Assembly (NCBI GenBank): GCA_964016885.1
Contig: OZ024743.1
Span: forward strand, 158,286,001-158,350,000
From: Eledone cirrhosa
Taxonomy: Eukaryota
Length of the DNA stretch: 64,000 nt
Reading direction: 5' to 3'
How positions within the stretch are numbered: the first letter of the stretch is position 1; every line of letters starts with the position of its first letter. Positions 51,000-64,000 of the stretch are shown piece by piece. The position numbers and the translations under genes were made by a program. The notes under the pieces were generated by a model, which saw nothing but the letters and a program-made list of their open reading frames with translations, was not told the DNA's origin and made no database searches.

Positions 51000-51680
51000 T
51001 AAAGTCATTCTGGCAAAGACCAAAATCCTAGTGATCAGAAAAGAAAACAGGGCTCTGATCCCCTCAGGGAAATGTCCCTGCTCTGTGTGCAGGAAAGAAG
51101 TAGGTAGCAGCTCAATCCTGTGTCCCAAATGCAAAATATGGATACACAAGAGGTGTAGTGGAAAATCAGGCAGACTAGCAAAAACATAGACTTCATATGT
51201 GGATATTGCACAAGGGCAGTAAGCAAAAACTCTCAAGAAACAAGCTCTTTTAGATACACAGAGGACCCCATAGAAATAGTCATAGCTTCTGCTACCTGAG
51301 TAACCAAATCAGCAGCAGCGGTGGATACATAGAAAGTACAGTTGCCAGAGAAATGACGGGACAGAATAAGTTCAGGAAGCTGTTGGTGTTGCTAGCTACA
51401 AATGGTTTATCACTCAAGATAAAAGGCAAGAAAATAAAATAAATATGGATCCGCTTATGAGCAGGGAACAGCACAGTTAACTGACCTGACCTTCTCACAA
51501 CAGAACCACCCACTTCCATACTGTCAACGTGGTTGGTGTTAGGAAGGGAATCCAGTTGTGAAAAAATGGCCAAAATACAGTTCCATTTGAACAAGGTACA
51601 GTGCAGCCAAATGACCAAACATGCCTCATTGTGTGGTCAACCCATCTGACTCCTGCAAACATGGAAAATAAGATATTAAA
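51000..51680 (+). mobile_element. RTE fragment (Cys/His insert region to tail, internally deleted)
   Basis: KTKILV....CPCSVCRKEVGSSSILCPKCKIWIHKRCSG. Confidence 0.85.
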
Positions 51681-51853
51681 CTAATAATTATATTAAAACT
51701 CACCCTAAAAACTTGAGTTGTTCTATACCTTGGAAATTTCTATCAAGTTATTACCACTATGTTAGTAGAGAAAGAGAGAGAGAGAGGCGGGGAGAATGGT
51801 TTTGGTGTTGTACTTAGTCAAATAATATGATTTTAGATTGTATTGAAACTGAA

Positions 51854-51898
51854 ACAACTATATAGTGGACAACTATATAGTGGACAACTATATAGTGG
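51854..51898. repeat. 3 x 15-bp tandem repeat ACAACTATATAGTGG
   Basis: Direct inspection. Confidence 0.9.
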
Positions 51899-52742
51899 AA
51901 CAGTCATAATAATCAGTTAAGACAGACATATGTACTTTTATATTAACTGTTGTTTTACTGGTAGTATCATTGAATATGAAGTGTCACAAAATTTCATCAT
52001 ATGCCAGTGACCTGGTCACTGACACTGTTACACTACATCTACTTATATGTATGCATGTGTATTTATGTGCCTTTGCGTATTTGTGTTTGTGTGTGTGTGA
52101 GTGTGTGTGTGTGTGTGTGTCTGAATGTATGTGTGTGTGCATGTGGTGAGTATACAATATCTTTATAACATCTGCTTCTTTTCCATGCCAGTATGGGTTG
52201 GGCAAGACTATCTGAAACAGCATTCTACAACTGAATGTCCTGCCAGATATTAAACCTTACATGTATTTTTAAATAAGGCACTTGTTCCACTGAACTTCAT
52301 ACATCATGCTGCTGAGCTGTAGGATATATTGTTTATGCAGGGACAATCAGGTAACTCCACAGGCTGCCCAAGCAATGTCAATGTAAAGATGTGAGGTAAC
52401 AAACGCACACACACACATGCACACACACATATGTATATATAAATATTTTTAAAAAAGAAGGGTAAAGACCCCCTTTGGTCACAAATGACCATGGGATTTG
52501 CATCTAGAAAGTTTCCCTCTGAGGCACAAGTCCAGGCCAGGTTATATGTGGAAGACCAGCAGTTGCCCATGCATACTGGCCTCCCCTCTCCATGCCTCCA
52601 ATGTTGTCCAAGGGAAAGGCAATGTCCGATACAGCTTAGCACTAGTGACGTCGCAACTCTTTTCCTCATTTCAATAGCTGAGTAAACTGGAGCAACGTGT
52701 CTTGCTCAAGGACACAATGCATCACCTGGTCTAAGAATCGAA

Positions 52743-52834
<92 letters not shown>

Positions 52835-53033
52835 GATATAAGCATCCGAAGCTACAATGAACCCCAGAAGACAGCCAATGAATGGGAAGTGTCTGTGGAT
52901 TTGTCTCTTCTAAGTTTTCTGTTTCCTGTATTTATCCCATGTGTTCTTTTAATATTATCATACAGCCTAATTTTGAAACCTAAACTGTTACATGTGTGTG
53001 TGTGTGTGTGGTGTGTGTGTCTGTGTCTGTGTC

Positions 53034-53068
<35 letters not shown>

Positions 53069-53399
53069 GTGTATGTATGTGTGTACAAGGTATGTATGTG
53101 TATATCAAGTACACTCTGCAAGGATGGAAGCAGAAAGTAATAAGTTTGCACGTGTTTTATGTTGTAAGGACCAAAGGCATGCGGTGTTCAGGAATTTGTG
53201 GCAGTGAGTCAGGGAAAATCAAAATGTTGTTGCAGTCGAGTGTATTCAAAATGACAGTGGCCCATTTTCCCTCACTGTTGCTGAAAAAAAAAGCATGGAC
53301 GTGCCATTATGAGTGATTTGAATTAGGAGAATGAATAGGTCTTCCCCAAGTAGAGCCAACTGATGAACCAGCCACCAGAGTTAGTAGATGTGTATTAAG

Positions 53400-53970
53400 T
53401 AAGGTAATTGAGGATATAAAGATGAGCAAATCAGTTGGATCATCAAGGATACTTGCTGAGATGTTGAAAGCATCTGGTATAGTGGACTACATGTTTACCA
53501 TCTGTATCATAAACCAACTAATATAGGATGGTGTCATATCCAATGACTGGTGCAGAGAGAGTGGGTGTTCTGAAAGTGCAGTAACTAATGTGAGACCAAG
53601 GGGGAAATATCAGGAAGCTACAACTTCTGCTGGCTAAAAAGGGTTTCTCCCTCAAGACAAAAGGTGGATTGTATGATGCCTGTGAGAAAATTATGATGCT
53701 ACATGAGACTTGAGCCTTAAATGCAGTGGATCGGCAATGATTGAAGAGAAATGAAGCAAACATGAATGTGTAATGGCATGAACGACAAGGCATTAATGGT
53801 CTAAGAGAAAAGCTGAACATAAGAGGGTATACAAGAGAGTAGATTGTGCTGGTATGGACATGTCTTGCATTTGGAAGATGACAGTCACATAACGTAGTGC
53901 AGGGTATTCATAATTAATATAATCTGCAGAAGAGGTAGACTAAAGAAAATTTGAGATGATGTGATAAAGA
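53400..53970 (+). mobile_element. Highly decayed RTE fragment
   Basis: aaagggtttctccctcaagacaaaaggtggattgtatgatgcc and gctggtatggacatgt match the 17470-17730 region. Confidence 0.7.
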
Positions 53971-54619
53971 CTGTGTGTGTGTGTATTTATCTCCTTATGT
54001 TTTTACATTGACACTACTGGTGCAATGATAATCTCTGTAAAGTGGTATAGCTGGTGCTACAATAAAGTATACCCAGGACAGACTGTAATATGGTAGAGTT
54101 AATGCCACAATGAAATGCACCCAAAATGATCTATAAAGTGGTAGTGCTGGTGCCTTGATAAAATATATCCAGTATGTACTGTAAAATGGTTGGAATTAGG
54201 AAAGGTAACCCACTGTAGAAACTATGCCAAAATGGCACCTGTGAGTATAACATAGTCATTAGATCTGTCATAATCTTAGAATGTAACAACCATTTCAACC
54301 AATACCAACTTAGAAAATAGATGTAAGCCAATATATATGCATGTGGAGCATGTGGCTTAGCAGTAAGGGTGTTGGACTTATGATCATAATGACATGGGTT
54401 TGATTCCTGGGTTGCTTGTGGTGTTCTTGAGCAAAATACTTCATTTCACGTTGCTCCAGTATACTCAGCTGAAAATGAGTACCAGCAATAGCTGGTGGTT
54501 TAACACTGCGATGGACTGGCATCCTATCCAGTGGGGAATCTTGTACTCTCAGTCGCTTCACGCCATGAAACCAGGATAAGCACCGGCAATGAGCCTTCTG
54601 GCTCAAGACAGACTTTAGA

Positions 54620-54666
<47 letters not shown>

Positions 54667-55225
54667 TCATCATCATTATCATTGTTGTTTTTACAACAAC
54701 TTTCCCATGCAGGCATGAGTGGAAGGGGACTTTCTGGAGCAATGTGTTGATGCTGGATACCCTTCCTGACACTAAGCCTTTTAGTTAATTCTTATAACAA
54801 GCAGGGATATGGTGGTGTAAAGCTATTGGTCAGCCCTTGAAAAAGCAGAAGACATTTATCTAAAGTGATACACATTGAGATCAATCCGGAAGCCATGTGG
54901 CTGTGAAGCAAACTTCTTAACGAAACAGCTACACAGCTGTATGTATGTGTATGTGTGGCAGTGTGTGTGTATATACTCAATTGTAGAGTGTATTAAATCA
55001 ACAATAACAACATAAACAACAAAAGCAGTAATGTAGCTAGCCAGTCACTCATTCAGTCACTCCTAATCAATGGTTAGTCTGTTCATTACAATTAACAGGG
55101 TAAAGAATGTTGTTGAGTGTAAGTGGTGGTACTCTGGTAGTCTCCATTCTCTATCAGTTGTAAACTATTAACAGAATGTTAAGCTCTTTCCCTGATCTTC
55201 CAACCTCTACCACATTTCTCTTACC

Positions 55226-55282
<57 letters not shown>

Positions 55283-55386
55283 GTATCATGTCTTTCTCCC
55301 ACTTTATTTGCTATTGTCTTAATAAATAACTCTTTTGTCCATTCAATTCAGATCCATGCAAGAAATGAGTCGTTGTTTAGATAAAC

Positions 55387-55508
<122 letters not shown>

Positions 55509-57094
55509 TCTCTCTCTCTCTTGTATAATGATAGGTCCTAGAATTGGTAAGATGGTAAGATATAGAGATGATAGACAAGTATGAATCATTTAATAAACAT
55601 TGGTTTGTTGCTTGTAGCTGCATAGCCCTAAACAAGGAACCAGATCATGTAGATCCATAATCAAAAGCATTCTAGCTTTTCCATCTAGACATTCTCCATC
55701 TGGTCTCTCTACAATTTAGTAATATGTTAGTATACCACCTTTAGGTTAACTCTGTTTATCTATCTCTCTGTGTCTAACAATGTTAGAGAAGTTCCCTTTT
55801 CTTCCATAACATCTTTCACTATCTCTAACTCATTCTTATGTTTTTCACATATTTACAATAAACAAAAACATTTTGATATATGTTGTATACGCATGTACAT
55901 ACACACACACATATGCATGCACACACACACTCACACATACACACTCACACATACACACTCACACATACATATACACTACTAAACTAAAACTATAAAAAAG
56001 CTACAACCATCACTCACGGCCAAGTATAATTTGGCAGTATGTACCATGATTTCACTAAGAGTTTAAGGTACCCATGCAGTCACAAGCAGGCATAAATACC
56101 CTCCAACCCTCCCTTCTTTGATCCAGTAGAACATCCAGGATTTGACAACTGGAAGTTGAGAGCAATGCACCAGCAGTTCTGATACTTTCTTTATCACCCC
56201 AAAAGGATGAAATAAAACTATACTTCAGCAGGATTTGAAGACTGACAAATCAACTACCTTCCATACACACACATACATATATAGTCCAAACATGCGAGCA
56301 TGGACAAATTGATGCTAAATGATGATGATGGTGTGTGTGTGATAAACTTAAATAATACATTTATAAGTATGACAGATAAAAAATAGGAAGTGTAGTTATA
56401 TAATACATATCACATCATTCACATTCTCATATATACAAACACACTTAGCACTGCCTAATATATCCAACTAAAGACAAAATGTTTAATTTAGGAAGAAGTC
56501 ACTAAGTGTGTGTTTAGATGTAAAACAAATTGGCGTGTTAAAACTACTGACTGTCAGCTTTGGGTGGTGCACTGAAAAATGTTAGGCATTGAGAATAAAA
56601 CTTCAAACTATTTACTTTAGCAATGTTGTTATTGTGGATGTTGTTTAGGCCTAAGTCAGTCCTAATTCACCAGATTTAGGTATGGTTCAATGCTGTTATA
56701 GCCATTGTATCAATATAAGAAACAATGATTATGAGCTTACGGTACTGTACTACAATTTACATGGTGATGATGTGCAGCTTCACTCTTGTCTTTGTGCTGT
56801 GTTACTGATACATAACTCTTACTTTAGTCCATTCCTGTCTCACAACCATCAGGTTAGCAGCTGAAACCTCATTCAAATTAAATAAAACACTATTATGCAC
56901 AAGTTAATGAGAGAACATGTATGCAGTCACCCAACATGCTACAAATAGCAAACAAATCTCCTTCTAACATCTGGACAGTTCAGTTCTGGATAAATTATGA
57001 GCATTCTGGATAATTCACTTCCAGTTAAATTATGAATATTTAGGATAATTCAGACCTTTTGCGTTGAGAGATAAAGTATCTTTATTTAGAACTC

Positions 57095-58890
57095 ACCATC
57101 ATCATCATCATCATCACCATTTAACATCCATTTTCCATGCTAGCATGAGTTACACAGGTTGTCCCATTAGAGGCAAGTTGGGTCAGGTGACCAAGTCTTG
57201 TTCATAGAGGACTGTTTCTGGCTAGGTTTCTATGGCTGGATGTCACTCCTAATGCCAACCACATTTACAGTGTATGCTGGATGTTTTTTGTTGTGACACC
57301 TACACAATCACTTTACAGTGTGGACTGGGTCCTTTTTGTTGTGACAACTACATAACCACTTTACAGTATGGGCTGGGAGCTTTTTGTTATGACACCTACA
57401 CAACCACTTTACAGTATCAGCTGGATGCTTTTTGTTGTGATACCAACATGATAACTTTATAGTGTAAGGGTAGTGTGATCAGATGTGGGAGGTGTATGGA
57501 AAGAGGGAGGGAGGGTAGTAGTTAAGAGATACATACTAGATGTATGTTTCAATCTGTGTGCTTGGGAAGGCAGGTCTTCCGTATTGCTGCATAATGCCAG
57601 AGATCTCAGTCCCATGTCATCGTCTTCAAGAAGTAGAATTAGGCAAGGTCAGCTTTTATCACCTCATCCCAAGTCTTCCTAGGTCTCCCCACTCTGAGGC
57701 TTCCATCGACTTTGAGTGCTCTGCACCTTTTTAAATAGCTATCATCCTTCATATGTATTATATGTTCACACCAATGCACTCTTCTCTTCTGCACACTGCA
57801 TCTGATTCCTGTTATAACTAGTTCCTCTCTCAGTTCATTTATGCTTTGCCGTTTATGTATATTACTATTACACATCCAACGAAGCATGCAAGCTTCATTT
57901 CTTTCCAATCTACACAAGTCTTCTGTACACAGTGCCCAGCTCTCACTACCATGCAACATTGCTGTTCATATGCATGCATCATACAGTTGGTAGTAGCTCC
58001 CTGAACTTCTTCAATCCCATTCTTACTCTGGCTACTGTACTTTCAGAACACCTACCTCTGCTACTAATTTGGTCACCAAGGTAGCAGAAGCTATCTACTG
58101 CATTTACCAAACCTTCTAGGAATTTGATAGTACTTGTTGCCTGTGGCTGTTTGCTGCTTACTGTACCGGTGCAACTGCTACATGTAAAACCTACATTTTT
58201 AGTTAGACTTCCCGAGATCCCACATCTCTTGTACACCCATAATTTGCATTTGGGACAGAGGATAGAATTTCTACCTACACCTTTCCTACATACTGAGCAA
58301 GGACATTACCCTGAGGGGATCAAGTTCTGTTTTCCCCTCTACTTACTAGGACCTTATTCTTTGTCAGGTTGACTTTAAGACCCCTTGTTTCTAGGCCCCG
58401 TTTCCATGTTTGGAATTTCTTCAAAAGTTCCACAATAGACTCTGATATGAGTGTAAGATCATCTATGTATAGGAGTTACCATGGGCAGCTCGTCTTAAAC
58501 TCCTCTGTTATTGCCTGCAGTACAATAATAAAGAGAAGAGGGCTAAGAATAGAGCCCTGGTGAATGCCAACCTGCACACTAAATTCCTTGCTATAGTCGT
58601 TAATCCTAACTTTTCTGACTGCTCCCCTATACATGGCTTTTACAGCCTTCACAAGCCACTCATCTACTCCTAGTTTTCTAATAACCCACCAGATTATGGC
58701 ATGGGGCACTCTGTCAAAGGCTTTCTTCAGATTAACAAATGCCAAGTAGAACAGCTTACTTTTAGCTAGATACTTTTCCTGCAGCTGGAGGACAAGTGCG
58801 CCTTTGTCATCTTGGACACACTTTTCATAATTTTCCTAACGCACTGCCTTGCAATCCTGAACACCTCCTGTTTCTGGTCATCACACAGCA
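57095..58890 (-). mobile_element. RTE-clade LINE copy with internal deletions and expanded 3'UTR minisatellite
   Basis: AFVNLKKAFDRVP, GIHQGSILSPLLF, MLHGSESW, GRPRKTW; (GAT)n tail. Confidence 0.92.
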
Positions 58891-59669
58891 AAACATATAT
58901 ATATATAATGTGTGTATGTGTATATGTGTATAAATGTTGCATGTCTCTCTTGATGGAAGGTATCTCAAAACATCTTCAGTCTTATTGGTATTTATATATA
59001 TATATAATATTGTATTACACCCCCATTATTGTAATGACAAAAGCAATTTTTAGCTTTTGTTTTGACATTTTTATTATTTCCATTATTAATTTTTTATACT
59101 GCAGGAGCTCTTCGTTATATCTTTTTTTATTTTTTATTGAACCATCTGATAAGTTTTTGTTTTGCTATCTGATTATGATGGCCAAGCAAAATTACATTGC
59201 TATATTATTTATTGTACTTTACAGTAAAGTCATTCTTGCAGGAGAGAGGGGAAGGAGAAGGGATAGAGAAGAAAAGAGAGGAAGTGAGATATGTATCAAG
59301 TTTGTTGTGTTGGTATAAATAAAATATTGAAACTTCTCGTGAACAAATTTGGATTCATGTGATAGAAGTGATATGATGAAAATGTCTTCTTTACATGCAG
59401 AATAAATGGTGCTAAGTCTTAGTCTTCTATTATAATTTCTTTCATATCTAGGATTATTTATAGTTATATTAAAGAATGTGGTGATTCATGAGTCTTTTTT
59501 TCCTTTCTTTCTCTCTTTTTAGAGACAATCAGACAATCAGTCAGGTTAAGATATTCATAGGATCAGCCATTGGTCAATGTGGCAACATCAGTCTTACATC
59601 ACAATTATCAGATTCTTTCTCTCTCTCTCAATTTGGCTTGCTCCACCTCACTATCTACATCTTTAACCT

Positions 59670-60415
59670 TTTTACATTCTGAGTTCAAATCCTGCCAAGG
59701 TTAGTTTTGCCTTTCATCCTTAGAGGGTCAACAAAATAAAGTAGTGTGGTCAATTTAATCCACTTTCCTATCCCCAAAATTTGTTGGCTTTAAGTCTAAA
59801 TCAGAAGCCATCATTATTATTAGGGGTAGGGCGGTGGATTGGCAGTATCGGTAGAGGGTCGGATGCCATGCTTTGACATATAGAGTTACGGCCCATTCTG
59901 AGTTCAAATCCCGCCGAGGTTAACTTTGCCTTTCATCCTTACAGGGTCGATAAAATAAAGTACCAGTAATGCACTGGGTAATTGCTGGCCTTGTGCCAAA
60001 CGTAGAAACAATTATTATTATTAGGTTCGGTGGATTGGCAGTATCAGTAGAGGGTTGGACGCCATGCTTTGCAGCAAAGAGTTATAGCTCTTTATGGTCT
60101 GAGTTCATATCCCGCCGAGGTTAACTTTGCCTTTCATCCTTACGGGGTCGATAAAATAAAGTACCAGTAATACACTGGGATAATTGCTGGCCTTGTGCCA
60201 AAAGTAGAAACAATTATTATTATTAGTATTGGTAGAGCCTAAGACACCATGCTTTGCAGCATAGGAGTTATGGCCCTTTACATTCTGAGTTCAAATCCCG
60301 CCAGATTAACTTTGGCTTTCATCCTTACGGGGTCGATAAATTAAAGCACCAGTAATGCACTGGGATAATTGCTGGCCTTGTTCCAAAAGTAGAAACATTA
60401 TTATTATTATTATTT
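59670..60415 (+). mobile_element. Head-to-tail array of four SINE family A copies
   Basis: Copies at ~59670-59820 (old), 59830-60015, 60028-60220 and 60225-60400, separated by (ATT)n. Confidence 0.92.
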
Positions 60416-63350
60416 GACTATTTATCATGACCAGCTTTGATGTTGCTTTGGGTCAGTTATTTAAGGTAATACCAGGCTACAACTAGTAACCTAGGGTTAC
60501 TCCAATTTTTCATATCCATTCCTTGTCATTTCACTACTGCTGATAGTCCAGATACTTTCTCTATATTTGAACTGTTCCCAATAGATATGTCGTCTAAAGC
60601 AGTTTAATTCCTGGTGCAAAATCTATCTTTGACAGGTAGTTTTCAAGGTTCTTTGCCACCATACCAAGAGCACCAATCACCACTGGGATAATGGTGACTG
60701 TCTTCACTTCATTACTCCAGCATTTCAAGATCTCATATTTTAAGTTGATATAAACCCCTACTTTCTCCTCTTTTCAGTCAATTCTGTTGTCAAAACAACA
60801 CGCTACATCTAGGAGGATATAGTTTCCTTCCTTCTTCTCAATTACAACAAAATTTGGTTTGTTTTGATCAATCTTCAGCTCAGTCTGAATTGGGAAGTCC
60901 CATAAAAGCTTTATCTCATTATTATTATCAAATCAACTAACCAAGCCCGAGCCCATGAACAACTTTCAGAAATCCCTGGCCTGGCAGTGCTACCAAGGAG
61001 CTTTGCCAGTTCAAGATAACCTCTAGAGACATTGAAGTGCTGTCAGCTGGGCCTGTCCGAGGTGCGTGCAGGGCGATGAAACCATCCTGCATGCACTCAT
61101 CAAGTGTCTGAGTATTCCTGACCTGTGGGTTTATGTCGAACACTTGCCATCACGTGTAGAACAGATCTAACTATCTACTGAGTCCATTGTGAAGATCGCA
61201 CCATTGTCCTTCTTTAGAGGGGAAGGACAGGAAGTTTTTATCTGCCTGGTCTCCATGGCAAAAGAGGCCATGTGGTGGATGCATTTGAAAAGGTTGAAGA
61301 CAGCCACCTTCCTCTTCGGCGAAGCCCTGATTAACTTTTTCAGATTTTATTTGAAGAGGAAAATCAGGGTGGAGAGGGAAGTGCTGCCTTCAAACCAGTT
61401 TGTTGAAAGGTGAGTGAGAGTGGTGAGCAGGGTCCATGTGAATAAGCCTGCCTTGAGCATATGCCTGTAGATTTCCGCCTGCATTATCTTATCAACTTCC
61501 AATATCCCTACATACTTATAACCTTCCTCTTCTATTTGCTTCATAACTTTTCCTGATGGCAGCATCAACCCACCCAATGCTTTTTATTTTGCCTCTTGCC
61601 TCTGTTTAAGATTAAAACACCACACTTTTTTAATCCAAACTCCGTTCTGATGCCAGGACTAAATGTATATACCATATCAATCAGGGAACCAAGCTGGGAT
61701 TCATTCATACCATAAAGCTTGAGGTTGTCCATGAATTAGAAGTGGTTGATTTTTTAATGGCAACCTCTGAATTCATACCCAGCCTTAGCTTTTCTCAAAA
61801 TCATTGTCAGTGGTATCATGCACAGTACAAACATCAGTGGTGACAGGCTGTTCCCTTGGAATATACCTCTCTTGATTTCTATTGTTCCTAAATCTCGTCC
61901 ATATACTGTCAGTTCAGTCTTCCACTCTTTCATACTTTTGATGCAATACCAAATAAGTTAACGCATTCCATTATCCAAGACTGCGGAATCATGTCATATG
62001 CTTTGAGGTAATCGATCCATGCCATGGTCAAGTTGGTTTTCCTCCTCTTGCTATCTTTAAGTATTGTTTTATCAAATGCTGGTCCTTTGTTCCTCTGCAC
62101 GTATGCTAGCACCCTTTCTGCTCATTGGACACCATCTAGTCTCGGAGACTTCCAGGAGCTCATCTTTTTGGGGGGCTTCCTTCAATGACTAATTCTGCCT
62201 GCTGTGGTCTAACTGTTGTTTGTTTAAGTTCTTCTAACCAGTCAGCATCCTTCTTGCACTCCTTCTCGTTACTCCAAATGTTGCTCCAAAACTTTTGGAT
62301 TTCAATGTTATCCAGTATAATCACTTCATCCGTACACTATCCATTTATTTCTCAGTAAAATCTCTTTTGGTCTACTCTGAATAGTTTATTTTGATGATAT
62401 TGCTTTATTCTGTGTTTGTATCTAATTATATTTGCTTTTTTTCTGAGACATTGCTTGAGTTCCTCCATTACTACTTTTTGGCCTTTTCTTTCAATACCAT
62501 ACTTCCTTTCCAGTGCTCTGTATTTTTGCTTTCATTTCTAAGCTCCCCCTTCTCCATTCAGACTATGATAGAGATGTCCTTCAAGAGGGTATCTATACTG
62601 GCCAGTATTCTTCTTTTTTGTCTCCCTTATTGTTTTTCTGTGCCTTGACATCTACATCCATATTTTCTGCTACAACAATGCTTTCTGACTTTATCAAGTC
62701 ATTTGTTTCTGTAATGTTATTTTTTTATGCATTTTAGAACTTCATTCACCTTGCAAATATGATTCCTATTGTCCTCCTGTAACATTTCCTTTCTTTTGTC
62801 ATACATTGCCTTCTGCTCACCTGTCATGTTTTTGTTAATATCATTGTCTTCCTGACCATCTACATTTCTCTCACCAGACAGATCATCTCTGCCCTGTTTC
62901 TATGGGTTACCAGAAATCTCTTCACCCTTGTCCTCTGCTGTAATTTCCCTTTTCTCAGTAAGACCTGCATTTTCACCATTTCTTTCACCGCTGTTTCCTG
63001 ATACCCACCTTTTGATAGCTTCAAATACCACTTCTGTCAACCAGTGATCTTTTCTTATTGCTCTGGCTTGATCACATAACCTCTGCTCAGTGAATTGAAA
63101 TAAGTCTCTTTCTCTCCATTCTTTATGCATTCATTGTTGGTATCCTTTGATAGGGATACCATTTTCATCCACAGGATTGTTCAAGTAGTAACACTCCATG
63201 ATCACAATATTTACTTGTTTACTCCACCTCCATCGTGGTTGCTGATCCATTGCTGAGTAACAATCTGCTGGAGCCAGACCAAGTACTCCAAGTCTGCCGG
63301 GCACGATACTTTCACCATCGAGGGTTCCAGTCCCATTAATGCCATTTTTC
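60416..63350 (-). mobile_element. Decayed R4/Dong-like LINE (RT + restriction-like endonuclease)
   Basis: N-terminal RW.WSK..N..IMECYY..GYQQ..TEQRLCDQAR.IRK..WL; RT NL.MAWIDY.KAYDMIP.SWI and IKRGIFQG.SLSPL.F.L...PL; C-terminal KLLWDF.IQT..., IIPVVIGALG; 3' end abuts (TAA)n. Confidence 0.82.
60935..61470 (+). mobile_element. Tx1/L1-like ORF2 C-terminal fragment nested in the R4/Dong-like LINE
   Basis: ETILHALIKC; FICLVSMAKEAMWW..L; FVER*VRV..MCL-like end shared with 32142-32230 (minus). Confidence 0.7.
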
Positions 63351-63486
63351 TCAAATTTTTTTAATTTAACATAATCACTTATATGAGGTAGAAAAACAAA
63401 TTGATTTAACATATGAGATAGCAATTATTAGGTTTCGCAACTACCAGTGTTTTTATTGTGACACCATCATTATTGTTATTATTATT

Positions 63487-64000
63487 TGGATTGGCAGTAT
63501 CGGTAGAGGGTCGGACGCCATGCTTTGCAGCATAAAGTTACGGCCCTTTATGGTCTGAGTTCAAATCCTGCCAAAGTTAACTTTGCCTTTCATCCTTACG
63601 GGGTCGATAAAATAAAGTACCAGTAATACACCGGGATAATTGCTGGTCTTGTGCCAAAAGTAGAAACAATTATTAAGAAATCATTATCACAATTGTCACC
63701 ATCGAACTCATCATCACCATCACCTTCACCAGCGTTATTATTACTACAATTATTGTAAACAACTTTTTCGTGGGAGAAAATATATGAAAATATATCTGCA
63801 GCTTTGGGGGAAGTATTTATGCTAAATTTTTTTAAGCTACTTTGATTGGCCAGTAATGAAATTATTATAATATAGTTGTGGTCATTGCTATTGTAGGTTG
63901 TGTTGGCGTTGTAATAATACATATTATTATTATTCTGTTGACGCATAGAGTTACGGCCCTAGGCAATTCTGAGTTCAAATCCCACCGAGGTTAACTTTGC
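63487..64000 (+). mobile_element. SINE family A copies (63487-63672; partial 63940-64000)
   Basis: Family motifs as above. Confidence 0.9.

Noticed and set aside
57260-57465. Regularly spaced repeats resembling a CRISPR array
   Set aside because: Contiguous degenerate tandem units without unique spacers, inside a LINE 3'UTR; no cas genes; eukaryotic context.

Overview
AT-rich, microsatellite-dense animal (eukaryotic) DNA with no prokaryotic-style operons, rRNA or CRISPR. The SINE/LINE repertoire resembles a cephalopod (Octopus-like) genome; this is inference from remembered repeat motifs, not a database match. Most ORF-track entries are microsatellite artefacts. Host content is limited to three putative phase-0 exons of a coiled-coil protein on the + strand (11134-11259, 14273-14440, 21601-21726). 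The rest is nested transposon debris: a Tc1/mariner end, two non-autonomous Helitrons, piggyBac-type MITEs, many RTE-clade LINE copies (one near full length), Tx1/L1-like fragments, an R4/Dong-like RLE LINE, a Penelope-like GIY-YIG ORF remnant and two abundant tRNA-derived SINE groups. The most notable signal is hidden in non-coding DNA: about ten distinct type-I hammerhead ribozyme (HHR) motifs or half-motifs sit in short elements embedded in (TA)n tracts. One element (11445-12115, minus strand) has an intact HHR and a 486-nt cleavage-site-to-cleavage-site unit, as expected for a retrozyme/circular-RNA retroelement. Several others are fold-back palindromes whose turning point lies inside or next to the ribozyme. 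A Penelope-like element in the same window is the candidate mobilising family. Coordinates of decayed repeats are approximate and all structures were folded by eye.
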